Notes: generated by a model not told the origin, from the sequence alone. Shown: positions 43,619 through 52,234, counted from the first letter of the stretch. The stretch: 64,000 nt of DNA from a bacterium (GCA_044869275.1 JBIOXB010000075.1:1-64000), one strand, 5' to 3'. Numbers and translations are program-made.

Positions 43619-45748
43619 TTAAGGATGTGCAATTACCATCAATGTTTTGGCCCGCTTGATGGCGCACTGCATCGCCATTTGCAAATTCTCCGGATCGAGC
43701 GCGGCAAAGCTTTCGTCGAGAATGATCAAGTCGGCGTTTTGCAGCAGCGCGCGCGCCATGTACAGCCGGCTTTTTTCGCCATGTGATAGCTGCCAGCCGG
43801 TTTCACCCACCATTTGCATGAGCCCGGCAGGCATGCGTTGCAACAATTCGCCCAGACCGAGCTCATGGCAAAGCATTTCGGCTTCTTCCAAATCTTCCGG
43901 TGAGGCTGGCCAGCGCCGGCCCATGAGCAAGTTGAACGCAAAGGTACCGGTCAGCACGTGGTTCTCGTGAAACTGCGGCGCGGAGACGATGCGCCGTCGC
44001 CAGCCCTCAGAGCCAAGCGTTTGCCAATCAAGGCCGTGCAACAACAGCAGGCCGGTATTGGGTTGGCGCAAACCGGTAAGAATCGAAGCGAGCGTCGATT
44101 TGCCGCCGCCGGAAGGACCTTGCAATAAAATGCGCTCGCCGCGCGAAATCTGAAAATCGTAGCTCTCTAAAACCGGCTTGCTATTGTCGTGATAGCGGAA
44201 AAACAGATCTTTCGCATTCACCAATATCTCCGGAGCTTTTGGGCTTGCGCCATCGACGGTGAGAAGGGCGGCAAAAGTTTGTTTGGCGTAGGAGCGGGAA
44301 GCAGATTGCAGAAGAACGTTGAGCTGTCGCCACGCTACGACAGCGCCGGTGAAATAGGCGAGACTCTCGGCGATTTTGTGAAAAGCGCGGTAGGCGAGCA
44401 GGATGCCGCCCAGCCCGACAGCCAACAGCGCCGGCGAAGTTTGGCCCGCAATGAAACTGGGCGCGAGCCCTGCCAACCCAACAATAAACCAGCCGCGTGA
44501 GGCAAACCCGATGGGAATAACGCCGGTTTGATCCATCGTCTTGGTGTGCTCGAAATAACTCTCAAGTTCTTGGTCATCGGCATCATGCCAGCGACCGCGG
44601 CCTTCCTGAACGATACGGGTGCGATGGCCGACCATGCGCTCCACCAAATTGTTAGTCAGGTGGAGACAAGAATTCGTCCAGCCAACGCGCACGTGCAGGA
44701 AACGCCAACCCAACACCACGGTCAGCGCCAGCCAAGCTGCAATCAACAACAGGTGAATAACACTGGCAGGACCTTGCGTTAAGACCACCGCTGCCAGGAT
44801 CAGCTCGATGATGCCGAGCAAGCTGATGAAGCCGCCATTCAATGAAAAAGTTTCCAGGACCTCGGCTTGCGCAACGCGGCCGAAAAGTTGTCCCGCGCCT
44901 TGATGGCGAATCTCATCCGGATGCAGTTGCAAAGCGCCGTGCAGCAGCTTTTGTTTGATGAGCGCGCCGAAGCCGGTAGCGGCCAGTCCCTCCAGCCATT
45001 TCGACAACATCCGAAAAGGAATGAGCGTCAATAAAATGAGTGCCCACGCCAGCATCCAACCCCAATCGAGCCGGCCTTGCAACGCGCCTTTGCCAATCAG
45101 CCACCAAGAGATAATCCACAGGAAGTAATAAACTACATAGGAGACTAGGAAGAACGAAAACCGGCTTGGCAGTTTGGCCGCGGCTGCATGCTTCCAAATG
45201 CTCTGCGTGAGCGGCAAGCGAATCAGCCAGCAACTGCCGATCCAGGCGTCGCTGAGCCGCTCGCGCAAGATGGCTGTACGCGCTTTGGTTTGGTGATGCT
45301 TCGCCACGCCGGCTTCGCCGAGCAATTGCTCGACTTCCGGCAACAATGGCGCTTCGATGGGTTCGCAAATCAATGCACGAATTTTTTCACTTGGCAGGCG
45401 ATATACGAGGCGGTCCGAGCCGAGAATGGCGATCTTGCTGCGGCTTCGTCCGAGCAATACCAAGAGATAAGTTTTATTTTCGCAGGAAACACGGAGCAAA
45501 GCCGGCGCGGCGCGGTCGAGCAATTTCTCAACTTCGATGTAGTTGCTAAAAGTCGGTTCGGCTTCCAATCCCAGATTGCTGGCGGTGGTTTCGAGCCAGC
45601 GCGAAAATTTCTGACGATCATCAGCCCAACCTTCGGGCATTGCCGGGATCTCGATTGGCTTTGCCGCAAGCCCATATCGCCGCGCCAGCTGCGCCAGGGC
45701 TTCATCCGCGCTCGCAAGGGGCCAGAGGTGTTTTTCGAGATTGATCAT
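43619..45748 (-). CDS. ABC exporter half-transporter (TMD+NBD) with degenerate C39-like N-terminus
   Basis: GPSGGGKS, LSHGE, ILDES, IAH. No Q..DCG or HFVV in the N-terminal domain. Probable start MINLEK at 45748. Confidence 0.85.
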   Translation of the reverse strand: MINLEKHLWPLASADEALAQLARRYGLAAKPIEIPAMPEGWADDRQKFSRWLETTASNLGLEAEPTFSNYIEVEKLLDRAAPALLRVSCENKTYLLVLLGRSRSKIAILGSDRLVYRLPSEKIRALICEPIEAPLLPEVEQLLGEAGVAKHHQTKARTAILRERLSDAWIGSCWLIRLPLTQSIWKHAAAAKLPSRFSFFLVSYVVYYFLWIISWWLIGKGALQGRLDWGWMLAWALILLTLIPFRMLSKWLEGLAATGFGALIKQKLLHGALQLHPDEIRHQGAGQLFGRVAQAEVLETFSLNGGFISLLGIIELILAAVVLTQGPASVIHLLLIAAWLALTVVLGWRFLHVRVGWTNSCLHLTNNLVERMVGHRTRIVQEGRGRWHDADDQELESYFEHTKTMDQTGVIPIGFASRGWFIVGLAGLAPSFIAGQTSPALLAVGLGGILLAYRAFHKIAESLAYFTGAVVAWRQLNVLLQSASRSYAKQTFAALLTVDGASPKAPEILVNAKDLFFRYHDNSKPVLESYDFQISRGERILLQGPSGGGKSTLASILTGLRQPNTGLLLLHGLDWQTLGSEGWRRRIVSAPQFHENHVLTGTFAFNLLMGRRWPASPEDLEEAEMLCHELGLGELLQRMPAGLMQMVGETGWQLSHGEKSRLYMARALLQNADLIILDESFAALDPENLQMAMQCAIKRAKTLMVIAHP

Positions 45749-45764
45749 GCAGAGCGGTTTTTTT

Positions 45765-45791
45765 GACAGGATTTTCAGGATGCACAGGATT
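45765..45791. repeat. 9-bp periodic CAGGAT array
   Basis: gacaggatt, ttcaggatg, cacaggatt; a related copy lies at 48558-48580. Confidence 0.5.
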
Positions 45792-45833
45792 ACAAACTTG
45801 TTTTTCGAAAAAATCAAGGTTCACTAATTTTTT

Positions 45834-48545
45834 TCATTCAATGGCTGGTTGTGTTCCCAGCCAAACTTTTCGCCAGCGCTGGCTCGACCAGAGTTTCTCT
45901 CGCACGGCATTTTCCGCTTCCAATAATTGGCGGTAGCGCGAATCGGCGCGTTTGGCTAATTCCATGGGAATGCCGTCTTCGATCACTTGGCCGTTTTCAA
46001 TAACCGACACGCGGTCGAATTCCAAAGTCTCGCCGACGTCGTGCGTGATGCAAAGCAGCGTCGCGTTCTTCCACAACTCGCGGCAACGCGCCAGCAGCGT
46101 GCGGCGTTGCTGGCGATCCAACCCGCGAAACGGTTCGTCGAGTATCGCCAGCCGCGCGTTGCCGCGCAGCATAGCGCGACCGAGGCGCACGCGCTGTCCT
46201 TCGCCGCCGGAAACCAAACGGCCGCCTTCGCCGAGCGGCGTTTGCAAACCCTCCGGCAATTTTTGCAGAACGCCAATAAGCTCCGCTTGCTCGATAACCA
46301 TTCCGAGCGCAGCCGCATGTTGATTTTCGTTGCCGTAGTGCAAATTGTCAAACAGCGAGCGATTCCACAAATGCACCGCCGGATCGGCCCACGCGGTTTC
46401 CTGGCGCAATTGATCGAGCCGCTCACCGGCAAGAGCTTCGCCATCCACTAAAACTTTTCCGGCCGCCGGGCGATGCCATCCTAAGAAAACTCCGACTAAA
46501 CTCGATTTGCCCGCGCCGGAAGGTCCGACAATCGCCGTATGGCTTCCAGAGGTAATCGTGAAATCGATGTCCTGCAGAATCGTGTGGCCTGCCACGCGCA
46601 CGCTCACTTGCTGCAGCGCGAGCGCCACGCCATGAGTTTTTTCCTTGTGTATTTGTGTTGATGGAGAAGTCGAGGCGGTCTCACCTTCCTCAGGCGCGCC
46701 CAGCGGTTCGAGCAGGCGCAGGATGATATTGCGATGCGCCGGATATTGTTGCATGACCTGCGCCACGCCTTGGCCGAGCACCGGCAGATTCAGCGTCCAA
46801 TACGCCATCAGCAGCACCCAATTGACTTCCGCGGTTCTGGCGAGATAGCTGAACAAAATCCAGGCGGCGAGGGCATATCCCGAGATCGCCAAAAGGCCAT
46901 CGAGCATGGCGAGCATGCGATGGCGGCTCAGGCTGGAGCGCGCCCATTCCACCAACAGACCCTCATGCTCGGTCCGCACCGCGCGTTCCGCACCATGGCT
47001 GCGAATGGGCACGAGCCCGAGCAATGCATCGAGATAAAAACGTCCGAGCGCGCCGCTGTGGGTTTGCAGGCGCGAATCTTTTTCCATCAACAACGGCAGC
47101 GTCATTAAGGGAAGCGCAATCACCAAAGCCGCGGCAAGAAAGGCAAGCGGCGCGCTGGGCGGATCGATCCAAGCGATGCCGGCGGCCGTCAGCAGCAGCT
47201 CGAAGATCGCTCGCAAAAGGTTCGCGTAGATGTTAGGCATCTCGCTCAAGTGGTACACCACATGACTGCGTTGCACCATATCCGAAATGGGGCGGCTTTG
47301 AAAATAGCGATCCGCAAGCCGCGGGATTTTTTTCAAGAATGCCATGCGCAGCCGCAATTCCAGGCGACGGCCAAAGCGCCAATAATTGGAGATATTGGGA
47401 ACTTGCAGCAGCAATAGGGCGAGCGCAAAAATGAGCAAAATCACCATCGCACCGGCGCGTTGGCTGGGCAGGCTAAGCACCTCCCAAACTTCCATAAGGC
47501 TGCGCAGAACCAACGCTTCGAGAATGAATGCCACTGCCGTGGCAAACAGCGCCGCGATCATGAGCGCCGGCGTTTTCCAGCCATCTTGAAAAATGAGACG
47601 AAAGAGCTCGCGATCCGGACGGAGGGGCGCTTCTTCGAGCGCGGCGGCCAGCTCCGGCGAAAGCGTTTTATTCTGCGCCGGCGTCGCAGCGTCGCCTGGA
47701 GCGGCATCCACACCATTGTGAGGCAATGGCCGTAAGGCTCGCACCAAAACAGCGCCGCGCAAGAGCAGTTGTTCCGCCGACGCGCCTGCGGAAGGCGAGG
47801 GTCGAACCGACCAGTAGGCGTTGGGAATGGCGCGATTTTCTGAGGAAGACTCCTGTACTGATTTCTCGAAAAAACGTTCGAGCACATGCCCGGCTTGCGG
47901 TCCGGCTTTGATGCCATCCGAACGAATCAGAGCATCGACCATGCGGGTCGCGGCATCCAGCGCAGCGAGCGAATGCCAGCTTGTGTCGACAAGTGCAGCG
48001 TCGATTATACCGCGAGACCGTCTTGGTGCGAGGCCCAAGTTGGCCAAGCGCCGTTGCAGCGGATAGATGAATTCCTCCGAGTCCGCCCATTCTCGCCACC
48101 CCGCCGCTGAGACCGCCATCGTATGCACATAAAGCTCATTTAGAAAAAAATGCGTTGAAGGCCAGCGCCGCCCGGTGCCGGGATCCATGATTTGGAGCAC
48201 ACCCCCGTGCCGGCGCCAGGCAACGACAAAGTGCGTGGCGCCATCGGCTTGGCGCACCACGACGATGGCTGGCAAGGCGTTCGCCTCGGAAAGCAGCAGA
48301 TGATCGACGGGAATCATGATTTGATCCGCGTCCAAGCCGAGCTGGCGCGCGATCTCTTCCATGGTGTCAATCGAAGTGCCGTCGACGTCGGTTTGGCAGG
48401 CTTCGCGCAGACGACCATAACTGACGCGAATGCCGAATCCCTCGAGCAAACATTTGAGCGCCGCCGGCCCGCAATCCATCGCCGAAGTCTGCACCACTTC
48501 GGGGGCGAAATAACGACGCGAGATTTTTGAAGCACTGACTTTCAT
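45834..48545 (-). CDS. Peptidase-containing ABC transporter (active C39 + TMD + NBD)
   Basis: QTSAMDCG (catalytic Cys), HFVV, MDP; GPSGAGKS, VSGGE, LDEP, ITHD. Confidence 0.92.
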   Translation of the reverse strand: MKVSASKISRRYFAPEVVQTSAMDCGPAALKCLLEGFGIRVSYGRLREACQTDVDGTSIDTMEEIARQLGLDADQIMIPVDHLLLSEANALPAIVVVRQADGATHFVVAWRRHGGVLQIMDPGTGRRWPSTHFFLNELYVHTMAVSAAGWREWADSEEFIYPLQRRLANLGLAPRRSRGIIDAALVDTSWHSLAALDAATRMVDALIRSDGIKAGPQAGHVLERFFEKSVQESSSENRAIPNAYWSVRPSPSAGASAEQLLLRGAVLVRALRPLPHNGVDAAPGDAATPAQNKTLSPELAAALEEAPLRPDRELFRLIFQDGWKTPALMIAALFATAVAFILEALVLRSLMEVWEVLSLPSQRAGAMVILLIFALALLLLQVPNISNYWRFGRRLELRLRMAFLKKIPRLADRYFQSRPISDMVQRSHVVYHLSEMPNIYANLLRAIFELLLTAAGIAWIDPPSAPLAFLAAALVIALPLMTLPLLMEKDSRLQTHSGALGRFYLDALLGLVPIRSHGAERAVRTEHEGLLVEWARSSLSRHRMLAMLDGLLAISGYALAAWILFSYLARTAEVNWVLLMAYWTLNLPVLGQGVAQVMQQYPAHRNIILRLLEPLGAPEEGETASTSPSTQIHKEKTHGVALALQQVSVRVAGHTILQDIDFTITSGSHTAIVGPSGAGKSSLVGVFLGWHRPAAGKVLVDGEALAGERLDQLRQETAWADPAVHLWNRSLFDNLHYGNENQHAAALGMVIEQAELIGVLQKLPEGLQTPLGEGGRLVSGGEGQRVRLGRAMLRGNARLAILDEPFRGLDRQQRRTLLARCRELWKNATLLCITHDVGETLEFDRVSVIENGQVIEDGIPMELAKRADSRYRQLLEAENAVREKLWSSQRWRKVWLGTQPAIE

Positions 48546-48584
48546 GATAATTTTTTGGGCAGGGTAACAGGATTGACAGACAAA

Positions 48585-49757
48585 CTAAAACTGAACCGTC
48601 TTTTTCGATGACTTCACCAACTCGCTCACCGTTTGCAAAACCAGCGAAGCCGGCGAAACACGATCCACTTCGATTTCGATGGCACCGGTAAGGCCGTGTT
48701 GCAAGAGGAATGTTGGATTTTGCTGCGGCTGCACGCTGCACTCGACGCGGAATTTGCCGTCACGCGGCTCGCTGGCGACGTTGCCGACTTGCGCCGCGAG
48801 AATGCCGAATTGCGTCCATGGGTAAGCATCCAAACGCATGCTGGCCGGTTGTCCAGAGCGAATGCGTCCCAAGGCCCGACCGACGGCAAAATTCGCCACG
48901 ATGCGAACCTCGCCCGAGGGCACGATCGTCGCCAGCTTGTCGCCGGGTTTTACGACTCCGCCAACCTGCAGCTCTGTGGTCTCACCGATGCGGCCGCTGA
49001 TCGGTGCGTGAATAAATTGCTCTTGAATCTCGAGCTGCTCGCGCGCAATCGTTTTTTCCGTGGTGGCAATTTGACCTTCGAACAGAGCCACTTCACGATT
49101 CAAGCGCTCGAGCTTGGCTTCCTGATCGCTCGTTTTGGTGCCCTGCTCGTTTTGCATTCGGCTGGCCGTCAATCGCAGCGCTTCGGCGGCCGCACGCGAT
49201 CGGGTAGCATTGGCCTCAGCGCGGCGAAATTCCACTTCCGAAATCAGCCCGCGTTTAAAAAGCTCCCGCATGCGCTCCGCTTCCTTTTCGGCCAATTGGG
49301 CGGAAGTCTCGGCTTCGAGCTGGCGCGCACTGGCCTCTTTCACAGCTGTCGGCGCAGCTTGGAGCTCCTGCTCATACGCTCGCGCCTGCGCGCTGACTTC
49401 ATTGCGCAACGCCGCGAGCTGATTCTGCAATCCGGCCAGATGAGATCTTTGCTCTTCCAAATGCAGCTTGTGCTCTTCGGTATCCAATTCCACGAGAACG
49501 TCGCCGGCAGTTACTTCCGCGCCGAGCTGCAAGCGCGTTTGCACAACACGGCCGCCGAACTGCACGGCCACCGGATGCACCGCGCTTTCCACTTCCAACC
49601 GCGCGGTCTCACTGGTTTCATATAACGCAACGCGCGCCAGCAACAGCCACAGTGTCCAGACGATTAACAGCGCCAGCACCGTCAAAACCGCGAGATTGGC
49701 GCGGCGAAAACCATCCAATTCAAGTGAACGAAGTGACCGAGAGAAAGATATAGACAT
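48585..49757 (-). CDS. HlyD-family membrane fusion (adaptor) protein
   Basis: N-terminal TM, lipoyl half-motifs (V.AGDVLVELD; APISG.I; V.PGD.L), long coiled coil, AYPW..FG. Confidence 0.92.
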   Translation of the reverse strand: MSISFSRSLRSLELDGFRRANLAVLTVLALLIVWTLWLLLARVALYETSETARLEVESAVHPVAVQFGGRVVQTRLQLGAEVTAGDVLVELDTEEHKLHLEEQRSHLAGLQNQLAALRNEVSAQARAYEQELQAAPTAVKEASARQLEAETSAQLAEKEAERMRELFKRGLISEVEFRRAEANATRSRAAAEALRLTASRMQNEQGTKTSDQEAKLERLNREVALFEGQIATTEKTIAREQLEIQEQFIHAPISGRIGETTELQVGGVVKPGDKLATIVPSGEVRIVANFAVGRALGRIRSGQPASMRLDAYPWTQFGILAAQVGNVASEPRDGKFRVECSVQPQQNPTFLLQHGLTGAIEIEVDRVSPASLVLQTVSELVKSSKKTVQF

Positions 49758-49886
49758 GGCGAAACCTACAAAATTGGGTGGTCATAATTTCCGGAAGGAT
49801 TCCATAAATTAACTTAAAAGTCAACTACTTTTATGACTTGCTCCTTTGGTGGTGAAAACTTCCGCTATTTTTTGATTCCGCCTTCT

Positions 49887-51266
49887 TTACATGAACTCCA
49901 ATTCCGGATTGCCAAGCAGCGTGATACTCTCCGTATTTCTTATGATCTGCGTATCTCCCTCGAGCACAGCAACCACGGCGGATTGAATAATTTCAAAGCA
50001 TCTTTCTTTTGGTAAACCGATGATCGCAAGAGGGAAAGACCCGATAATGACCAGTAGGGGAGTGCGAACATAGTGTTTCGCGGCATTCCGCGCTTCGAAC
50101 ACCAGGGCGTCACCGAAGGCTTCCTCCAAGCCGGGCCGAACGACGCCTTCGAACCACGCGCAAGAATTGCATCCCCAGCGTTTGTAAACGACGATATGCG
50201 CTTTGCCTTTTGGAACCTCAATTCCCTCCTGAATCACTGACCGCACCAATTTGTGCGCTCCGTAGCTCAAGCGCCGGTTCGTGATCTGGCACGCTATCCG
50301 CACCGCTGCCCAGGTCAAACCGAAAGCGATTCCCGCCGTGCCCGCTAAGCTGGCGAGCTGCGCGTTGCTCGATTTTGTTGCCGTCAGAGAGGCCGCCATA
50401 GCGACCATTGCGGAGAATCCCACCATTAAACAGGGCATGCAAAGAATACGTTGCTTAAGGAGACGGCTCAACAAGAAAGCATGCGCACCCATCGCAACAA
50501 AGATGCCCACGAGGATGGCAAAATGGCCGAGGGTATGCAACGTGCCGGCCCATAGCACGGAGTACAAACCGGTTCCCAGCCATGCCAAAGGCAATCCACC
50601 CAACAAGCTGGTGGCGCGGTCACAGGAAACGCAGTTTTTGGCCAACAGCGCTGACCATAGGGAGCCGCCAAAACAAACCGCCAAAGCCGTCAATGCCAAC
50701 CATGATGGTTTCTGTCTCGCCGATAACATCCACGGTAAATGGTCAAAAGTTGCCATGAGCGTTGCCACAGCCACGATTCCCACACTCAGACCAAAGACCA
50801 GCCGGGGGCCGGCGCGTCGCAGGTCTCTTAACTCCTTCAGCGCCTGCTGCTCAGCATCGTGATCGCGGCTCAGCACCACCACCTCTCCGGTCCAGCGTTG
50901 GCAGAATTGTTCGCGGGAAAGAGTGACCAATCCAACGGCGGGATCAGCGATGAATGCTTCGCGATCGTCAACCTGATGCAGAACGACGAAACATTCGCGC
51001 GCGTTTTCCTTGAAGACCATGATTGCAGGTAGAGCCACTGATGGGAGCTCCTCGTAAGGGCCTTCCATGGCCACTGCACTGAGACCGTACTGGCGGGCTG
51101 TCCCCAGCAGCAGCGCTAGCTCTTCGATTTTATCGGCATTGCCGAGAAGACGCATCTCTTGAAGGCCGATTGGACTGTGAAGATGCTGTGCGACAATGGC
51201 CAGGGCCGCCGCGCCATTTTCTTGGGGCCGCCCTTGCCGAACGCAAAGAAGATTTTGCTCAATCAA
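49887..51266 (-). CDS. Inactive C39-like domain + VKOR-like membrane domain + thioredoxin-like domain fusion
   Basis: Q...ENGAAAL (Cys to Asn), ECFVVL (His to Cys), ADP..G; CVSC...GLP.A.LG...Y and LCMPC; GCNSC; SD AAGGAG 10 nt before TTG. Confidence 0.8.
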   Translation of the reverse strand: MIEQNLLCVRQGRPQENGAAALAIVAQHLHSPIGLQEMRLLGNADKIEELALLLGTARQYGLSAVAMEGPYEELPSVALPAIMVFKENARECFVVLHQVDDREAFIADPAVGLVTLSREQFCQRWTGEVVVLSRDHDAEQQALKELRDLRRAGPRLVFGLSVGIVAVATLMATFDHLPWMLSARQKPSWLALTALAVCFGGSLWSALLAKNCVSCDRATSLLGGLPLAWLGTGLYSVLWAGTLHTLGHFAILVGIFVAMGAHAFLLSRLLKQRILCMPCLMVGFSAMVAMAASLTATKSSNAQLASLAGTAGIAFGLTWAAVRIACQITNRRLSYGAHKLVRSVIQEGIEVPKGKAHIVVYKRWGCNSCAWFEGVVRPGLEEAFGDALVFEARNAAKHYVRTPLLVIIGSFPLAIIGLPKERCFEIIQSAVVAVLEGDTQIIRNTESITLLGNPELEFM

Positions 51267-51303
51267 GATGCAAATGCTCCTTTTCTTCTTCTTTCATACG
51301 GCG

Positions 51304-51338
51304 GGCGGGCAGTCCCTAATCAATCGGAGCTGCCCGCC
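51304..51338 (-). terminator. Hairpin 3' of peptide gene A (no U tract)
   Basis: GGCGGGCAG / CTGCCCGCC inverted repeat. Confidence 0.5.
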
Positions 51339-51355
51339 ACCGAAGACCCTGTAGA

Positions 51356-51412
51356 TTAGCGCCAGCAACCTCGGGGGCACGGACCGGCCTTGATGTTGGT
51401 TTTTACCTTCAT
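51356..51412 (-). CDS. Precursor peptide A, MKVKTNIKAG-PCPRGCWR (18 aa)
   Basis: Translated by hand; SD AAGGAG 6 nt upstream; leader shared with two neighbours. Confidence 0.88.
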   Translation of the reverse strand: MKVKTNIKAGPCPRGCWR

Positions 51413-51494
51413 GACGTTCTCCTTATGAGGGGTTGGGTTAACAGCTTTGTGGTTTGTTTTGTTTTACTTCTATTCTTTCGACTTCCACTTGTTT

Positions 51495-51520
51495 GATGCA
51501 ACTCGTATTGAAATTCCATA
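51495..51520 (-). promoter_or_regulatory. Conserved upstream motif, copy 1 (putative ECF promoter)
   Basis: TATGGAATTT-CAATACGAGT-TGCATC. Confidence 0.7.
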
Positions 51521-51548
51521 AGACCTTTTTCGTCGTTTGGGAGATCGC

Positions 51549-51577
51549 GACGAGTCCCGTTGACTTCGAGACTCGTC
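51549..51577 (-). terminator. Hairpin 3' of peptide gene B (no U tract)
   Basis: GACGAGTC / GACTCGTC stem, extendable to 11 bp with a G-U pair on the minus strand. Confidence 0.5.
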
Positions 51578-51589
51578 AGGAGCTGGCGC

Positions 51590-51646
51590 CTAGTTCATCG
51601 CCAGACCTTTGGGCTTGCCGGCTTTCACGTTCGTTTTTACCTTCAT
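51590..51646 (-). CDS. Precursor peptide B, MKVKTNVKAG-KPKGLAMN (18 aa)
   Basis: Translated by hand; SD AAGGAG 6 nt upstream. Confidence 0.88.
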   Translation of the reverse strand: MKVKTNVKAGKPKGLAMN

Positions 51647-51723
51647 GGCTTTCTCCTTCGAGAGTTTGGGGTTAATTGCTTCTGGTTTGGTTTCAGTTTT
51701 TTGTTTTCAACTTCCACATACTT

Positions 51724-51749
51724 GATGCAGCTTGTATCGAAATTCCATA
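51724..51749 (-). promoter_or_regulatory. Conserved upstream motif, copy 2 (putative ECF promoter)
   Basis: TATGGAATTT-CGATACAAGC-TGCATC. Confidence 0.7.
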
Positions 51750-51768
51750 AAATTTTCTTGTCTGTTTT

Positions 51769-51813
51769 TGAGAGCGCGCGGAGCGACCTTTTTGACCTCC
51801 AGCCGCGCTCTCA
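51769..51813 (-). terminator. Hairpin 3' of peptide gene C (no U tract)
   Basis: TGAGAGCGCG / CGCGCTCTCA plus inner GGAG/CTCC. Confidence 0.5.
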
Positions 51814-51831
51814 GCAGCGCCGGTGTCTTGC

Positions 51832-51894
51832 TTAGCGAATGTTCTGCGAAATGCACTTGTGGCAGCCGGCTTTCACGTTCGTTTTCACCTTCAT
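51832..51894 (-). CDS. Precursor peptide C, MKVKTNVKAG-CHKCISQNIR (20 aa)
   Basis: Translated by hand; SD GAGGTG upstream. Confidence 0.88.
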   Translation of the reverse strand: MKVKTNVKAGCHKCISQNIR

Positions 51895-51978
51895 GACTCA
51901 CCTCGTTGGTTTGGGTTTGAACTGCTATCTTTGTGAGTTGATTCTCTTCTGCCTTCATTTCCTGCTTTCACTCACAGA

Positions 51979-52004
51979 GATGCACCCACCACAAAAATTC
52001 CACA
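51979..52004 (-). promoter_or_regulatory. Conserved upstream motif, copy 3 (putative ECF promoter)
   Basis: TGTGGAATTT-TTGTGGTGGG-TGCATC. Confidence 0.7.
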
Positions 52005-52234
52005 AAAGTTCTCTAAAAATTTTGCAGGCTTGACAAAACAGGCAAATTGTGCAATATTATACCGCTTTCAGATTCCCACCGGGTTTAATGAAAACGAGGT
52101 TTTGAGCTTTTTCGCCTATTTTGTCTTTAGCCCGTAAAGCATGCGGCTAATCCCTGCTTTCATTTGCCACATTTTCTAACAGAAGCATTTAGCCACGCTA
52201 CGCGTGATGATTCGAAGATTCAGGAGTTACAAAA

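Noticed and set aside
43619..51894. Lanthipeptide or other enzymatically modified RiPP cluster
   Set aside because: No LanB/C/M, YcaO, radical SAM or ATP-grasp gene in the locus. Modification in trans cannot be excluded.
51707..51958. 83-aa minus-strand ORF (MKAEENQ...) and the plus-strand ORFs at 51454-52033 in the ORF track
   Set aside because: They overlap the conserved micro-ORFs, hairpins and promoter motifs in other frames and show no recognisable protein features. The repeated leader frame explains the conservation better.
51304..52004. CRISPR array or toxin-antitoxin repeat interpretation of the ~240-bp periodicity
   Set aside because: The repeats are degenerate and coding with synonymous changes, the spacing is far too long for CRISPR, no cas genes are present, and the peptides are not hydrophobic type I toxins.
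52030..52060. sigma70 promoter for the ECF sigma gene (TTGACA...TATTAT)
   Set aside because: The -35 is perfect, but the best -10 lies at 19-bp spacing. Plausible but too uncertain to list as a feature.
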